32,000 nucleotides of DNA from Opitutales bacterium (GTDB lineage: Bacteria; Verrucomicrobiota; Verrucomicrobiia; Opitutales; PNEW01), in contig CBDCNV010000001.1 in assembly GCA_965219535.1 (NCBI GenBank), forward strand, positions 1,770,001 to 1,802,000, given 5' to 3'. Position 1 is the stretch's first letter. Each line of letters opens with the position of its first letter. This document shows, one piece after another, positions 8,718 through 17,874 of this stretch. The notes below the pieces were generated by a model. It searched no databases. It was given only the letters and a program-made list of their open reading frames with translations, and was not told where the DNA came from. Made by a program: the position numbers and the translations under genes.

Positions 8718-9866
8718 ATGGCGATAGAGACACCATCCATGAAGCCCAAATCTCTGGAGTGGGCAGATCCCGGGTTTTTCACAAATCAGTCCCGCACGCG
8801 TAATTTTTTTCGCATCCTAAAACAGCTCGTATTCCCGCCTGAAGGACATAAAACGTTGCCTACTCCAGTCGGTATTGTGCTGATCGCATTGTCACTCGGT
8901 ATTGGTTCAGCTGCTTACAATACCTCGAGCAACATCCTTTTTATGACATTGTCATTACTTTTAAGCAGCTTGCTTTTAAGTGGTATTCTTGCGTGGCTGA
9001 ATTTTAAAGGCACACAGTGGCGACTTAATTTAGAACCTCACTTTAGAGTAGGGGAAGTAACCCCTATTCGCATTGAACTGTCCAATCATAAAAAGCTACT
9101 CCCCACATACAGCTTATGGTTCCGGGTGAAGGCAAAAGTATCGCGTGAATCCAAACGTGTTTACCTTCATGATCGACTGGATGCGGGTACAACACGTGAG
9201 CTCAACTGGATTCTCGAATTAAAAAATCGTGGCACTGAAATTATAGAAGTTGCAGGTCTGGAGACTCAGTTTCCATTTGGATTTTTGCGTAAAGTCATTG
9301 GTGGCGGGATCTCGCGAGAGGTGGTTGTTTGGCCGCGACGAATCGATTACAAATTTTCGCCAAAATTAGGAAAACGTGGACACCAACCGGGCAATACACT
9401 GCGTAAACCAGGGAGCGGCACCGAACTGATTAATTTGCGCAGTTATAAAGTTGGCGATCCACAGAGGCTCGTTCATTGGAAAGCCAGTGCGCGTCAACAG
9501 CGTTTGATGGTCAGGCAAATGAGCGAGGAAAACCAGGACGCGTATCTTATTTTTTTGGAAACACCGTTAAGCAAGTGGCAGCCCGGTGAACAATTTGAAA
9601 AACTATGTGCATTTGCCGGATCATTGGCAGAAGACTTATATATGCAAAATCGTTTGTGGGGAACAGCGATAAATGATGATGCAGTATTACCGATTAAGCG
9701 GATAAACGATTTACATTACTTTTTAGAAAAACTAGCTAAACTTCAACCTCTAGAACAATACAACCCGGTAAACGATATTATGGGAGCGACGATCATTACC
9801 TTCACTCCTGATAATGGCAACCGGGTAAAAGCTTATGTCGGTGGCAACGAAGCAGGTTCGGCTTAA
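8718..9866 (+). CDS. DUF58 domain-containing membrane protein (vWA-like partner of MoxR)
   Basis: Has two N-terminal TM helices and the DUF58 signature LRSYKVGDPQRLVHWKASARQQRLMVRQ. It lies immediately downstream of the moxR gene. Confidence 0.85.
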   Translation: MAIETPSMKPKSLEWADPGFFTNQSRTRNFFRILKQLVFPPEGHKTLPTPVGIVLIALSLGIGSAAYNTSSNILFMTLSLLLSSLLLSGILAWLNFKGTQWRLNLEPHFRVGEVTPIRIELSNHKKLLPTYSLWFRVKAKVSRESKRVYLHDRLDAGTTRELNWILELKNRGTEIIEVAGLETQFPFGFLRKVIGGGISREVVVWPRRIDYKFSPKLGKRGHQPGNTLRKPGSGTELINLRSYKVGDPQRLVHWKASARQQRLMVRQMSEENQDAYLIFLETPLSKWQPGEQFEKLCAFAGSLAEDLYMQNRLWGTAINDDAVLPIKRINDLHYFLEKLAKLQPLEQYNPVNDIMGATIITFTPDNGNRVKAYVGGNEAGSA

Positions 9867-9909
9867 TTACGAAGAGCTTTATCAGCTCAAGTGATTACTT
9901 GGGGGATGT

Positions 9910-12108
9910 TTGTCTCTAATATCCTTATGGACTCTTCTCTACCTTGAAGTGCGGAGTGGGCCTCTTATAACTCTCACCGCAGCGGTGATTTCAGCTGGTA
10001 TACTTTGGCCTTCGCTACCGAGTAAAATCCCAGCCGTTTTTATGAAAGCGGCCGTCCCATCACTTCTCTTAGTGATCGCAGCGGATTTTTTCCTTTCTCG
10101 TCCAGACATTATTCCCCCGCTTATCCGGATGGTTATACTTCTTGTTCTAGCGCGGTCCCTCGCCTACCGGAAACGACGCGAAGACCTGCAGCTGATATTA
10201 TTATGTTTATTTATCGTTGTTATATCAGGGGTTCTCACGCTATCACTGACTTTTGCTTTTCAAATAATTATATTTACCCCGTGCGCGATGGCACTGCTCT
10301 TCGTTATAAACTTGCTGGAGTGCCACGACCGTGAACACGAGATCCCGCTAGAAGGGTTGAGCGAATTCAAGCTTGTTCATTTTTTCTTCCGGATAATAAA
10401 AATTGTAGATTTGCGAATGGTGGCCTTTGCCAGCCTTCTCTTTATCGGGGTGCTCCTGGTTTCTACTTTCATCTTCGTTGTCATTCCGCGGTTCAGGCTC
10501 GATCAGGCGATACCATTTTTGAATCTCAAGAGCCAGAAGAGCCGTTCTGGATTTAGCGATACGATTCATTTTGGCGATGTCGTAGAAATTATTGAAGATA
10601 ACAGTGTGGCACTTCGAGTCGATTTACCGCAAGGAATGGCGATACCTCAAACACCCTATTGGCGAATGGTCGTGCTTGATGATTATTCAAATGAATCTTT
10701 TCGTATGTCTTCATCAGCGAGACTTAAAAATATTTACGATGTTAATAATGTCATAAAATTAAAAAAAGATTCCCTCGCTTTGAATGAGGTGGGCGATGAG
10801 GCAAAGTGGACGTTTTATTTAGAAGGTGGAATCAGTAGATATTTACCTGTTTTAGGTCTATTTGACATGATGCGTTTTCAAACACGGCAGAATATTGAGA
10901 TCAACCGCTTGCTTCGAATTAATAGCACTAAGGACATCAGCAGTGGTGTTCTTTTCTACCAGGTAGAGAATATGCAATTGATGGATAAGATTCCAGCGAC
11001 CTGGTATGAGAGAAAACTTGCTAATTTAAAACCTTTAATTGTCGATCGTTCGAGTCGGCAAGGGGAGCGAACAGGTTTATATCCGCAGACCACCCTGGTT
11101 TTACCGGGGGGGAGTGGGAATATCGAAACCCTGGAACGCATCGTAAACGAAATAACCGAGGGGAATAAACTCTCTGCCCATGATTTTACTACGCGCGCCC
11201 TTGATTACCTGAAGAAAAACCACAGCTATGATCTCGGGTACGATGTAACGGGCAGCGGTGAAGACGGTGATGTGCTTATCCGGTGGCTCAATTCTAAATC
11301 ACCCGGTCATTGTGAACTTTTTGCAGGGTCATTTACTTTACTCGCTCGCATGGCTGGGCATCCTACACGTGTGGTTACTGGGTTTAAGGGCGGCTCATGG
11401 AACGGCTACGAAAACTACTACATGGTCCGTAACCGCAACGCGCATGCCTGGTGTGAAATTTATGATGGGAAAGGTTCTTGGGTTCTCGTCGATCCTACAT
11501 CGGGCACTCAAGGCTATAACACGTCAGAAGGCGTTATGGCAGAAACAGCGAGTACGTTTTACATCGACGATACCTGGCGAGCGTATTTCGATAGCTTGCG
11601 TATTCTCTGGTATCGCAGGATTGTCAATTTTGATGAAACCACGCAAAAGGAGTTATCGAGCCAAATAAAACTGATGGGGACGGCATTTATCGATGGCCTT
11701 CAATTTGAAATTAAGCAGTGGTTACACAATATTGTGACTTGGTTTAACCAACCTATAAACTATGATAAGGCGATGAGGATAATAATTCTTTTCATAATTT
11801 CGGTATCAATATTTTTACTCATCCGTTACCGTTCTTATATCTTATCACAACTTAGCACGGAAGCGAAAATATTGGGGTTTGATTTAGGTGCCGATCCGGT
11901 GCGTAAAAAAGCGGGTAAGCTAGTTGTTAAGTTTCGCAACAAACAATCCGAGTTGGCAATAACTCGAGATAGCATGACGCAAGAATGGCACGATATTTAT
12001 CGCGATCTACTCACCCTTCGATTCAATGACGGCCACGATCGCCCCAGTCCGAGAGTCGTATTTCGCAATGCCAGTCGCCTTCTTAAACAAAAAAACAGAA
12101 GTATTTAG
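9910..12108 (+). CDS. TgpA-like transglutaminase-domain membrane protein
   Basis: Has multiple N-terminal TM helices and a transglutaminase core Cys/His/Asp (PGHCELFAGSF, NAHAWCEIY, VLVDPT). A further TM helix follows (IIILFIISVSIFLLI), then a tail. The start is a TTG at 9910, the first start codon after the in-frame stop at 9892, and GGGGGA lies 5-9 nt upstream of it. Confidence 0.85.
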   Translation: MSLISLWTLLYLEVRSGPLITLTAAVISAGILWPSLPSKIPAVFMKAAVPSLLLVIAADFFLSRPDIIPPLIRMVILLVLARSLAYRKRREDLQLILLCLFIVVISGVLTLSLTFAFQIIIFTPCAMALLFVINLLECHDREHEIPLEGLSEFKLVHFFFRIIKIVDLRMVAFASLLFIGVLLVSTFIFVVIPRFRLDQAIPFLNLKSQKSRSGFSDTIHFGDVVEIIEDNSVALRVDLPQGMAIPQTPYWRMVVLDDYSNESFRMSSSARLKNIYDVNNVIKLKKDSLALNEVGDEAKWTFYLEGGISRYLPVLGLFDMMRFQTRQNIEINRLLRINSTKDISSGVLFYQVENMQLMDKIPATWYERKLANLKPLIVDRSSRQGERTGLYPQTTLVLPGGSGNIETLERIVNEITEGNKLSAHDFTTRALDYLKKNHSYDLGYDVTGSGEDGDVLIRWLNSKSPGHCELFAGSFTLLARMAGHPTRVVTGFKGGSWNGYENYYMVRNRNAHAWCEIYDGKGSWVLVDPTSGTQGYNTSEGVMAETASTFYIDDTWRAYFDSLRILWYRRIVNFDETTQKELSSQIKLMGTAFIDGLQFEIKQWLHNIVTWFNQPINYDKAMRIIILFIISVSIFLLIRYRSYILSQLSTEAKILGFDLGADPVRKKAGKLVVKFRNKQSELAITRDSMTQEWHDIYRDLLTLRFNDGHDRPSPRVVFRNASRLLKQKNRSI

Positions 12109-12111
12109 TTT

Positions 12112-12153
12112 AGATTGAGTGCAAGTGTCCGGCTGTTTATTTGCTCTCAATCT
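12112..12153. terminator. hairpin between convergent genes (candidate bidirectional terminator)
   Basis: AGATTGAGTGCAA (12112-12124) pairs with TTGCTCTCAATCT (12141-12153): 13 positions with one T-T mismatch around a 16-nt loop. It fills almost the whole 47-bp gap between the tgpA-like and DUF2961 stop codons. Confidence 0.5.
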
Positions 12154-12155
12154 GC

Positions 12156-13241
12156 CTACCTCGGGCGCCTGAATTCGAGATTGGGCATGGGAGGGAAATT
12201 CATATGCGGTTCCTGCTGATACCAAAAAGCAACTGATGCAATATCATCAGCGAGGGGCTGAAATTTTCGGTTTGGCCACCAACCCAGTGCTTGTATCGTA
12301 ACACGCAAATCTTTCTCGTAACATATAGGATCCAAAATATGCCATCGGTATAAACTCCACTTCGGAGGGCCGTTTTCACCAGGGTGATTCAGGGTATTGC
12401 CGACGTATGCGGTACTGTAATTCTCCGGGAATCCATAACTCGCGCAAAAATAATCTTCTGTTCCCGTGCCACAGATAGTCGGGAATTTTTTATCCCCATC
12501 CATAAAAAATTTAATTTCACCTTCACCGAACCAACCATCTGATAACTGTGTCCATGCGAGGAAGGTACCGACATAGCGCCCCTGACCTGTAACGCCGTCA
12601 AGAATTACATAATCGGGGTTATTTCGATCCGTTACCGCACGTCGCCATTGAGCATGAAAATAACCCGCTTCATCGGAGACAGGGGTTTCAGCATAGGTAA
12701 TCTGGTAGGCAATTAAGGGAATTTCAAGATCGGAGTCATTGCTAAATGTTACTCGCGCGTGTTTACGAAATGGCATCGGCCAATAACAATTAAGAGCAGA
12801 AGTTGGATTGACAATTACCGCGAGTGAATTGACTGGAGCAAACAAATCGTGACCGACGGCGAAGAAATCTGTCAGAGGAACTTCAACGGATGGCGTTTCC
12901 TCATGATCCCAGTAAAATCGCAAGACACAAGCCCGGCCTTGCCCCCGCCATTCTTTATCAGTTACAATCCAGATATGCTGAATAGTTCCGGGACCCTCAA
13001 CGTCCATAAGGGTTACGGTCTCATGTGCTTTCGCATTCAAGAATGGTCTCACTTTCCACCCCTGACCAAGATTGGAAGCATGGCTTGAGTGTGGGAGATT
13101 GGGATCGGTGGGGTCGGGAATAGCCATCCCCCCTTTACCTTTAGCCCCTGTGGGGTTTTCAGCTGAAATAGATCGTGTCTTCATTTCTGTCAGAAGAGGC
13201 AACGTACCTAAACCAGGTATCAATCCCGAAAAGTTATTCAT
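12156..13241 (-). CDS. DUF2961 domain-containing protein (GH172-like)
   Basis: A 361-aa ORF. Its motifs SISAENPTGAKGKGGMA, GPGTIQHIWI and GTGTEDYF match my recollection of the DUF2961 family. I see no obvious signal peptide. Confidence 0.7.
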   Translation of the reverse strand: MNNFSGLIPGLGTLPLLTEMKTRSISAENPTGAKGKGGMAIPDPTDPNLPHSSHASNLGQGWKVRPFLNAKAHETVTLMDVEGPGTIQHIWIVTDKEWRGQGRACVLRFYWDHEETPSVEVPLTDFFAVGHDLFAPVNSLAVIVNPTSALNCYWPMPFRKHARVTFSNDSDLEIPLIAYQITYAETPVSDEAGYFHAQWRRAVTDRNNPDYVILDGVTGQGRYVGTFLAWTQLSDGWFGEGEIKFFMDGDKKFPTICGTGTEDYFCASYGFPENYSTAYVGNTLNHPGENGPPKWSLYRWHILDPICYEKDLRVTIQALGWWPNRKFQPLADDIASVAFWYQQEPHMNFPPMPNLEFRRPR

Positions 13242-13273
13242 ATTAAAATTTATTTAGTAATTGCGGGGTGTTC

Positions 13274-15190
13274 TTAGTTAGAATTTGATGCGGCCGTCAA
13301 CGCATAATTGGAGATCATCTTTCGTTTTTGAAAATAAGATTGTAAGATCCTTTTAGCCAGGGGGCCTGCCGTTCTGCCACCGGCATAGTTGTCATCGGAA
13401 TCGACGCCCTGGACACAGACAGCAACAGCAATTTGTGGATCTTCAATAGGCGCAAATCCTATAAACCAGGCGACATCCAGGTTCTTGTTGTCAGCGCGAA
13501 ATTGGGCTGTGCCCGTTTTTCCTGCAATGCGCAGCCCTGGTATGCGTACCGATTTTGCCGTGCCTTTTTCTACCGCTAACTCCATTCCCTTAATGATGGC
13601 CTTGTATTGTTCGTCACTTATGGGGATAGCTTGCTCATGTAAATTATTAGACTTGGGTGAACGGTGAGTTTGAAAAAGCAGGGTGGGGCGCGTGCGCATC
13701 TCTTTGCGGGAAAAAGAAGCGATAAATGCGGCCATTTGCAGCGGGGTGACGCGAAGATAGCCATGACCAATAGCAATATTGGCGGTTTCACCGGCAGACC
13801 ACCTGCCTAAGAGCCGACTTTTTTTCCAAGCGGGATCCGGCACTATCATATGCTTTGTTTCCGTCTTTAATTCTATCCCCGTGGGAACATCAAAGCCGAA
13901 GTCTTTCGCCTCTTTACTGAGAAGATCAATACCCGTAGCCAAGCCGGCTTCGTAAAAATAAACATTACAACTATATTGTATAGCGGTGATTAAATTGATT
14001 TTACCATGGCCGCTTAATTTGTGACAATGAAAAATTCTATTGCCTACACGCAAATAACCCGGGCATGAAAAAGTTGTATCTAATCCAATTGCTTCTGCTC
14101 TAAATGCTGTAATAGCGGTGATTAATTTGAAAGCTGACGCTGGAGGATAAAGTCCTTGCGTCGCTCGATTTAACCAGGCTCCCTTAGCGCGAATTTCATC
14201 GTCGACTTTATAAGAGAGGTAGGGAGATATGTCATTCAAATTGAAGTTCGGTTTGCTTGCCAATGCATAGACTTCACCGGTTCTGGCATCGAGTGCAACA
14301 ATGGCACCCACTTTATCTCCAAGTATTTTCTCGGCCTCTATCTGTAAATCAATATCGATGCTAAGTGTTAAATCTTTTCCTTTAACGGGTAATTTTTGTT
14401 CAACAAGTTTATATTGAAAACCGGAGGGATCAACAATCCAGATTTCTCCGCCACTTGTGCCTTGGAGGGTATCATCAAAACTGCTCTCGACTCCTGTTCG
14501 ACCTCTTTTCCCTTTGAAAGTAAAAGTTCTAAGGTCTTCACCGGGGACACCCTCTTCTGAAACTTCGAGTGTAGAGACGACAAACCCTAAAGCGTGTGCC
14601 GAGGCTGAATCATAAGGATAAAATCGAGAACTATCGGTATTAATCTGTATCGGTGATTCAATTGGAATACGTTCAACCAATTGAGCGTATTCCTCGAATG
14701 TTAAATCCGTAACTAATTTTAAGGGGAGGAGGAGGTTTTGATGGAAATGGCGTTCGATCTGTTTTCTGGATATCTTCTTATTATCTCCAAGAATTTTATT
14801 TATCCTTTGCATGTAACGATGAACGACATTCATTCGCGCCGTTATTTGAATCTCTTTATTGTCTACCTTTTGTTCTGTCTTTCGGTATTGACGGACCAGG
14901 TTAATATACTCCTTTCGGAATTCTGGACGCAGTTCATTTAAATAGACGACGGCGGAGAATCGTGGACGATTTCCGACTAACAGACGACCTTCGCGATCAA
15001 AAATATTGCCGCGAGGACCAGGGAATAGGATACGACGCATACTTTGCCTAACTTCCTGTTCCCGGTAGCTGCGGCTTTGGATTAACTGCCTGATCATTAA
15101 CCCGAAAATAAGAACAACAAATAACAGGGCGAACAGCGCATAAAAGAGCAGGATTCGCGGATTGTCATTTTTGTGAATTTCAAATTCCAT
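13274..15190 (-). CDS. mrdA: penicillin-binding protein 2 (elongasome transpeptidase)
   Basis: Has an N-terminal TM anchor and the three transpeptidase motifs: SxxK (ASAFKLIT), SxN (YSCNVYF) and KTG (GKTGTAQ). It follows mreBCD. Confidence 0.92.
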   Translation of the reverse strand: MEFEIHKNDNPRILLFYALFALLFVVLIFGLMIRQLIQSRSYREQEVRQSMRRILFPGPRGNIFDREGRLLVGNRPRFSAVVYLNELRPEFRKEYINLVRQYRKTEQKVDNKEIQITARMNVVHRYMQRINKILGDNKKISRKQIERHFHQNLLLPLKLVTDLTFEEYAQLVERIPIESPIQINTDSSRFYPYDSASAHALGFVVSTLEVSEEGVPGEDLRTFTFKGKRGRTGVESSFDDTLQGTSGGEIWIVDPSGFQYKLVEQKLPVKGKDLTLSIDIDLQIEAEKILGDKVGAIVALDARTGEVYALASKPNFNLNDISPYLSYKVDDEIRAKGAWLNRATQGLYPPASAFKLITAITAFRAEAIGLDTTFSCPGYLRVGNRIFHCHKLSGHGKINLITAIQYSCNVYFYEAGLATGIDLLSKEAKDFGFDVPTGIELKTETKHMIVPDPAWKKSRLLGRWSAGETANIAIGHGYLRVTPLQMAAFIASFSRKEMRTRPTLLFQTHRSPKSNNLHEQAIPISDEQYKAIIKGMELAVEKGTAKSVRIPGLRIAGKTGTAQFRADNKNLDVAWFIGFAPIEDPQIAVAVCVQGVDSDDNYAGGRTAGPLAKRILQSYFQKRKMISNYALTAASNSN

Positions 15191-15211
15191 TCGTCTTAAA
15201 TATTATTGCTC

Positions 15212-15739
15212 TTAGTCGTTTATTGCTTCCCCGGTCATTTTGATACCTGATAATTGCAGAAACAAGCGCTGTAATTCCAGGATGATAGGCGCGATGAGAA
15301 TCAAGACCAGACCGGATAAAGATAAATCTGTTAAAAATCTTAACCAGTAATTTCCATCGAAAAAAGAGCTGCGGCTCATGATCAATGCAATGATGAGCAT
15401 AGAAAAGCTATTAATAATAAATGCTATGAACATTACATGTGACTTATTTTCTTTCCTCAACCTGGTATTGAATTGTCGAATTAAAAAGTAACCGAGACTG
15501 TATATTATAAACAATGTTCCGAAGGGCAGGGGGATTAAGGCGTCGACGATCAGGGCAATTATAGCGACAATGAGATAGCCGGGCCAAAATAGCATGTAGA
15601 GCCCAGGGAAAAGGAGGTAAAGGCTATCTAATGAAAGATGAATGGAGTATGTTGAGAGGATATTGTTTAAAAGAACGACAATAATGTAGATCACAAGAGT
15701 TGTGAAAAATACAATTAAAATCTGTCTCTTTTCATTCAT
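15212..15739 (-). CDS. mreD: rod shape-determining protein MreD
   Basis: A 175-aa polytopic membrane protein positioned between mreC and mrdA. Its ATG overlaps the mreC stop (ATGAATGA). Confidence 0.8.
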   Translation of the reverse strand: MNEKRQILIVFFTTLVIYIIVVLLNNILSTYSIHLSLDSLYLLFPGLYMLFWPGYLIVAIIALIVDALIPLPFGTLFIIYSLGYFLIRQFNTRLRKENKSHVMFIAFIINSFSMLIIALIMSRSSFFDGNYWLRFLTDLSLSGLVLILIAPIILELQRLFLQLSGIKMTGEAIND

Positions 15740-16580
15740 TATCTAAAGCATCTTCACCGATAATGGGGATGAGAACGGTAACTTCATTTAAGCTGAGTAA
15801 TTCCTTGTTTAACTCTACCTGGCCCACCTGAAATAATCCATCACTACTGGGGCCAAGATTCCTAACGTGACCGATTGTCAATCCGTCAGGGAAGATGCGT
15901 CCAAGACGAGTCGTAACTATACGCCGCGGTGTTGAGGCATCTGCTGATACATCGGGCTGGACATCTTTTATGTAACCATGGGGAATGGTAAAAATTCTAT
16001 TTACACTACCATAATAGGTGACCGGTCGATTATCACCGTCAAATTGAGCGGCTATTCGGAATGTAGGGCTGCTCGCAAGTTCGACGACAGAAGTAAACTG
16101 ACGTACTTCTTTAATGCGTCCAACGACGCCTCCTGAAAATACCACGGCAGCGCCTTCGATAAGACCATAATTTTTCCCTTTGCGTATAAGTATTTGCTGC
16201 CACCAAGAATTTAAATCACGGCGCAGAACACGCGCTACTTCAAATCTATACTCGGGGAGTGAAGGGAGCTGAAGCAGTTTTTCCAACCGTGATATTTCAG
16301 CTTCAAGCGCTTCATATTGTTGGTTGCGCAATTCATAGGCAGCATTTAAACGAGCCAGGTCCTGACCGGCCTTGATAAGTTCGATCTTTGAGCGGCTGCG
16401 GAGAGACCAGAAGTCTTGAAAGCTAGTTAAGTAAGAAATAGCCGTCCATGCAGGAGCTTGAAATTCAAAAAAACTGATACGGAGAAAAGATTTAACGACG
16501 GTTGGTACCAGCCACCAGAGTAACAGCGCAAATAACAGGACAACGAGTGGCTTACCGATGAAAGGTAGCTTTTTAGCCAA
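15732..16580 (-). CDS. mreC: rod shape-determining protein MreC
   Basis: Has a TM helix (KPLVVLLFALLLWWLV), a coiled coil (LNAAYELRNQQYEALEAEISRLEKLLQL) and a beta-rich C-terminal domain. I prefer the TTG at 16580 (MAKKLPFIGKPL...). The GTG at 16670 and the ATG at 16658 would overlap mreB by 71 and 59 nt. Confidence 0.85.
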   Translation of the reverse strand: MAKKLPFIGKPLVVLLFALLLWWLVPTVVKSFLRISFFEFQAPAWTAISYLTSFQDFWSLRSRSKIELIKAGQDLARLNAAYELRNQQYEALEAEISRLEKLLQLPSLPEYRFEVARVLRRDLNSWWQQILIRKGKNYGLIEGAAVVFSGGVVGRIKEVRQFTSVVELASSPTFRIAAQFDGDNRPVTYYGSVNRIFTIPHGYIKDVQPDVSADASTPRRIVTTRLGRIFPDGLTIGHVRNLGPSSDGLFQVGQVELNKELLSLNEVTVLIPIIGEDALDNE

Positions 16581-16599
16581 GAGAGAAGTATGTTTGGGG

Positions 16600-17637
16600 T
16601 TAACTGGTCCGGTGTTTAAGCAACCAGCCGAGGTCCTGAAGAACGATGCCAGTACCATTGGCAACCGCACTGAGGGGATCTTCCGCGATGATCACGGGTA
16701 TCCCGGTTCCCTCACTCAGCATATGATCAATTCCACGAATGAGGGAGCCGCCTCCGCCGAGAATAAAACCGCGATCGACGAGGTCTGCTGAAAGTTCAGG
16801 AGGGCATCGCTCGAGAGCGTTGCGCACCAGTTCTGTAATCGAGTTCAGGCTATCTGTTAATGCTTCGCGAATTTCTTGCGAAGTAATGTGAAGGGTTTTT
16901 GGCAAGCCTGCCACGGTATCTCTACCCTTGACCTCAAAATTAAGTTCTTCATTTAAAGTGACCGCTGACCCAATACGAATTTTAATCTCTTCCGCAGTGC
17001 TATCGCCGATCATCAGGTTGTAAGCCCTCCTTAAATAATTCGTAATTGCGAGATCCATCTCATCACCTCCAACACGAATGCTTCTTGTGAATACAATACC
17101 GGATAGTGAAATGATTGCAACTTCGGTCGTGCCTCCTCCAATATCGACAATCATGTTTGCCGTTGGTTCATCAATCGGTAAGCCGACTCCGATTGCCGCC
17201 GCCATAGGTTCTTGTAAAAGGACAACTCTGCTTGCGCCAGCGTGAGTTGCAGATTCACGGACAGCGCGACGTTCCACTTCGGTAATTCCACTGGGTACCG
17301 CGACTACCACTCTCGGTGGCACAATTTTAAAATTATTATGAACCTTGCTGATAAAGTAGCGCAGCATCGCCTCGGTGATTTCAAAATTGGCGATGACACC
17401 ATCTTTCATTGGTCGGATAACATTTATATTATCGGGTGTTCGACCAAGCATTCGCTTCGCATCATTCCCGACTGCGACGACTTCACGTGTCTCCGTGCGT
17501 ATAGCAACGACACTAGGTTCACGCAAGACAATGCCTTTGTCTTTAACGTAAACTAGCGTATTAGCAGTTCCCAGGTCTATTCCGATATCGTTGGAAAAGA
17601 AGCCGACTACTCGTTTTAAAGTGTGAGTATTCACCAT
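16600..17637 (-). CDS. mreB: rod shape-determining protein MreB (actin homologue)
   Basis: Contains IDLGTANT, DIGGGTTEVA and GGGSLIRG. The whole 345-aa protein is colinear with E. coli MreB as I recall it. Confidence 0.97.
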   Translation of the reverse strand: MVNTHTLKRVVGFFSNDIGIDLGTANTLVYVKDKGIVLREPSVVAIRTETREVVAVGNDAKRMLGRTPDNINVIRPMKDGVIANFEITEAMLRYFISKVHNNFKIVPPRVVVAVPSGITEVERRAVRESATHAGASRVVLLQEPMAAAIGVGLPIDEPTANMIVDIGGGTTEVAIISLSGIVFTRSIRVGGDEMDLAITNYLRRAYNLMIGDSTAEEIKIRIGSAVTLNEELNFEVKGRDTVAGLPKTLHITSQEIREALTDSLNSITELVRNALERCPPELSADLVDRGFILGGGGSLIRGIDHMLSEGTGIPVIIAEDPLSAVANGTGIVLQDLGWLLKHRTS

Positions 17638-17874
17638 TGAAGCTATCTTATTTTTGTAAGGTTCTCTACACTAATAGTACAAATGTCAAAAACATAATTT
17701 ATTAATTGATAGGTTTTTGCGAAGCTTGATCCATTTAAATTACTTCAATATGAGGTCTTGGCAGCGTTTATATCTCTAATAAAATAGATTGTGTATACTT
17801 TTAATTATTAAGGATTATATTCTGTTTATTGCGAATGCGTATTAAAACAAATTTTTACTTTAAGCTGAAATAAG

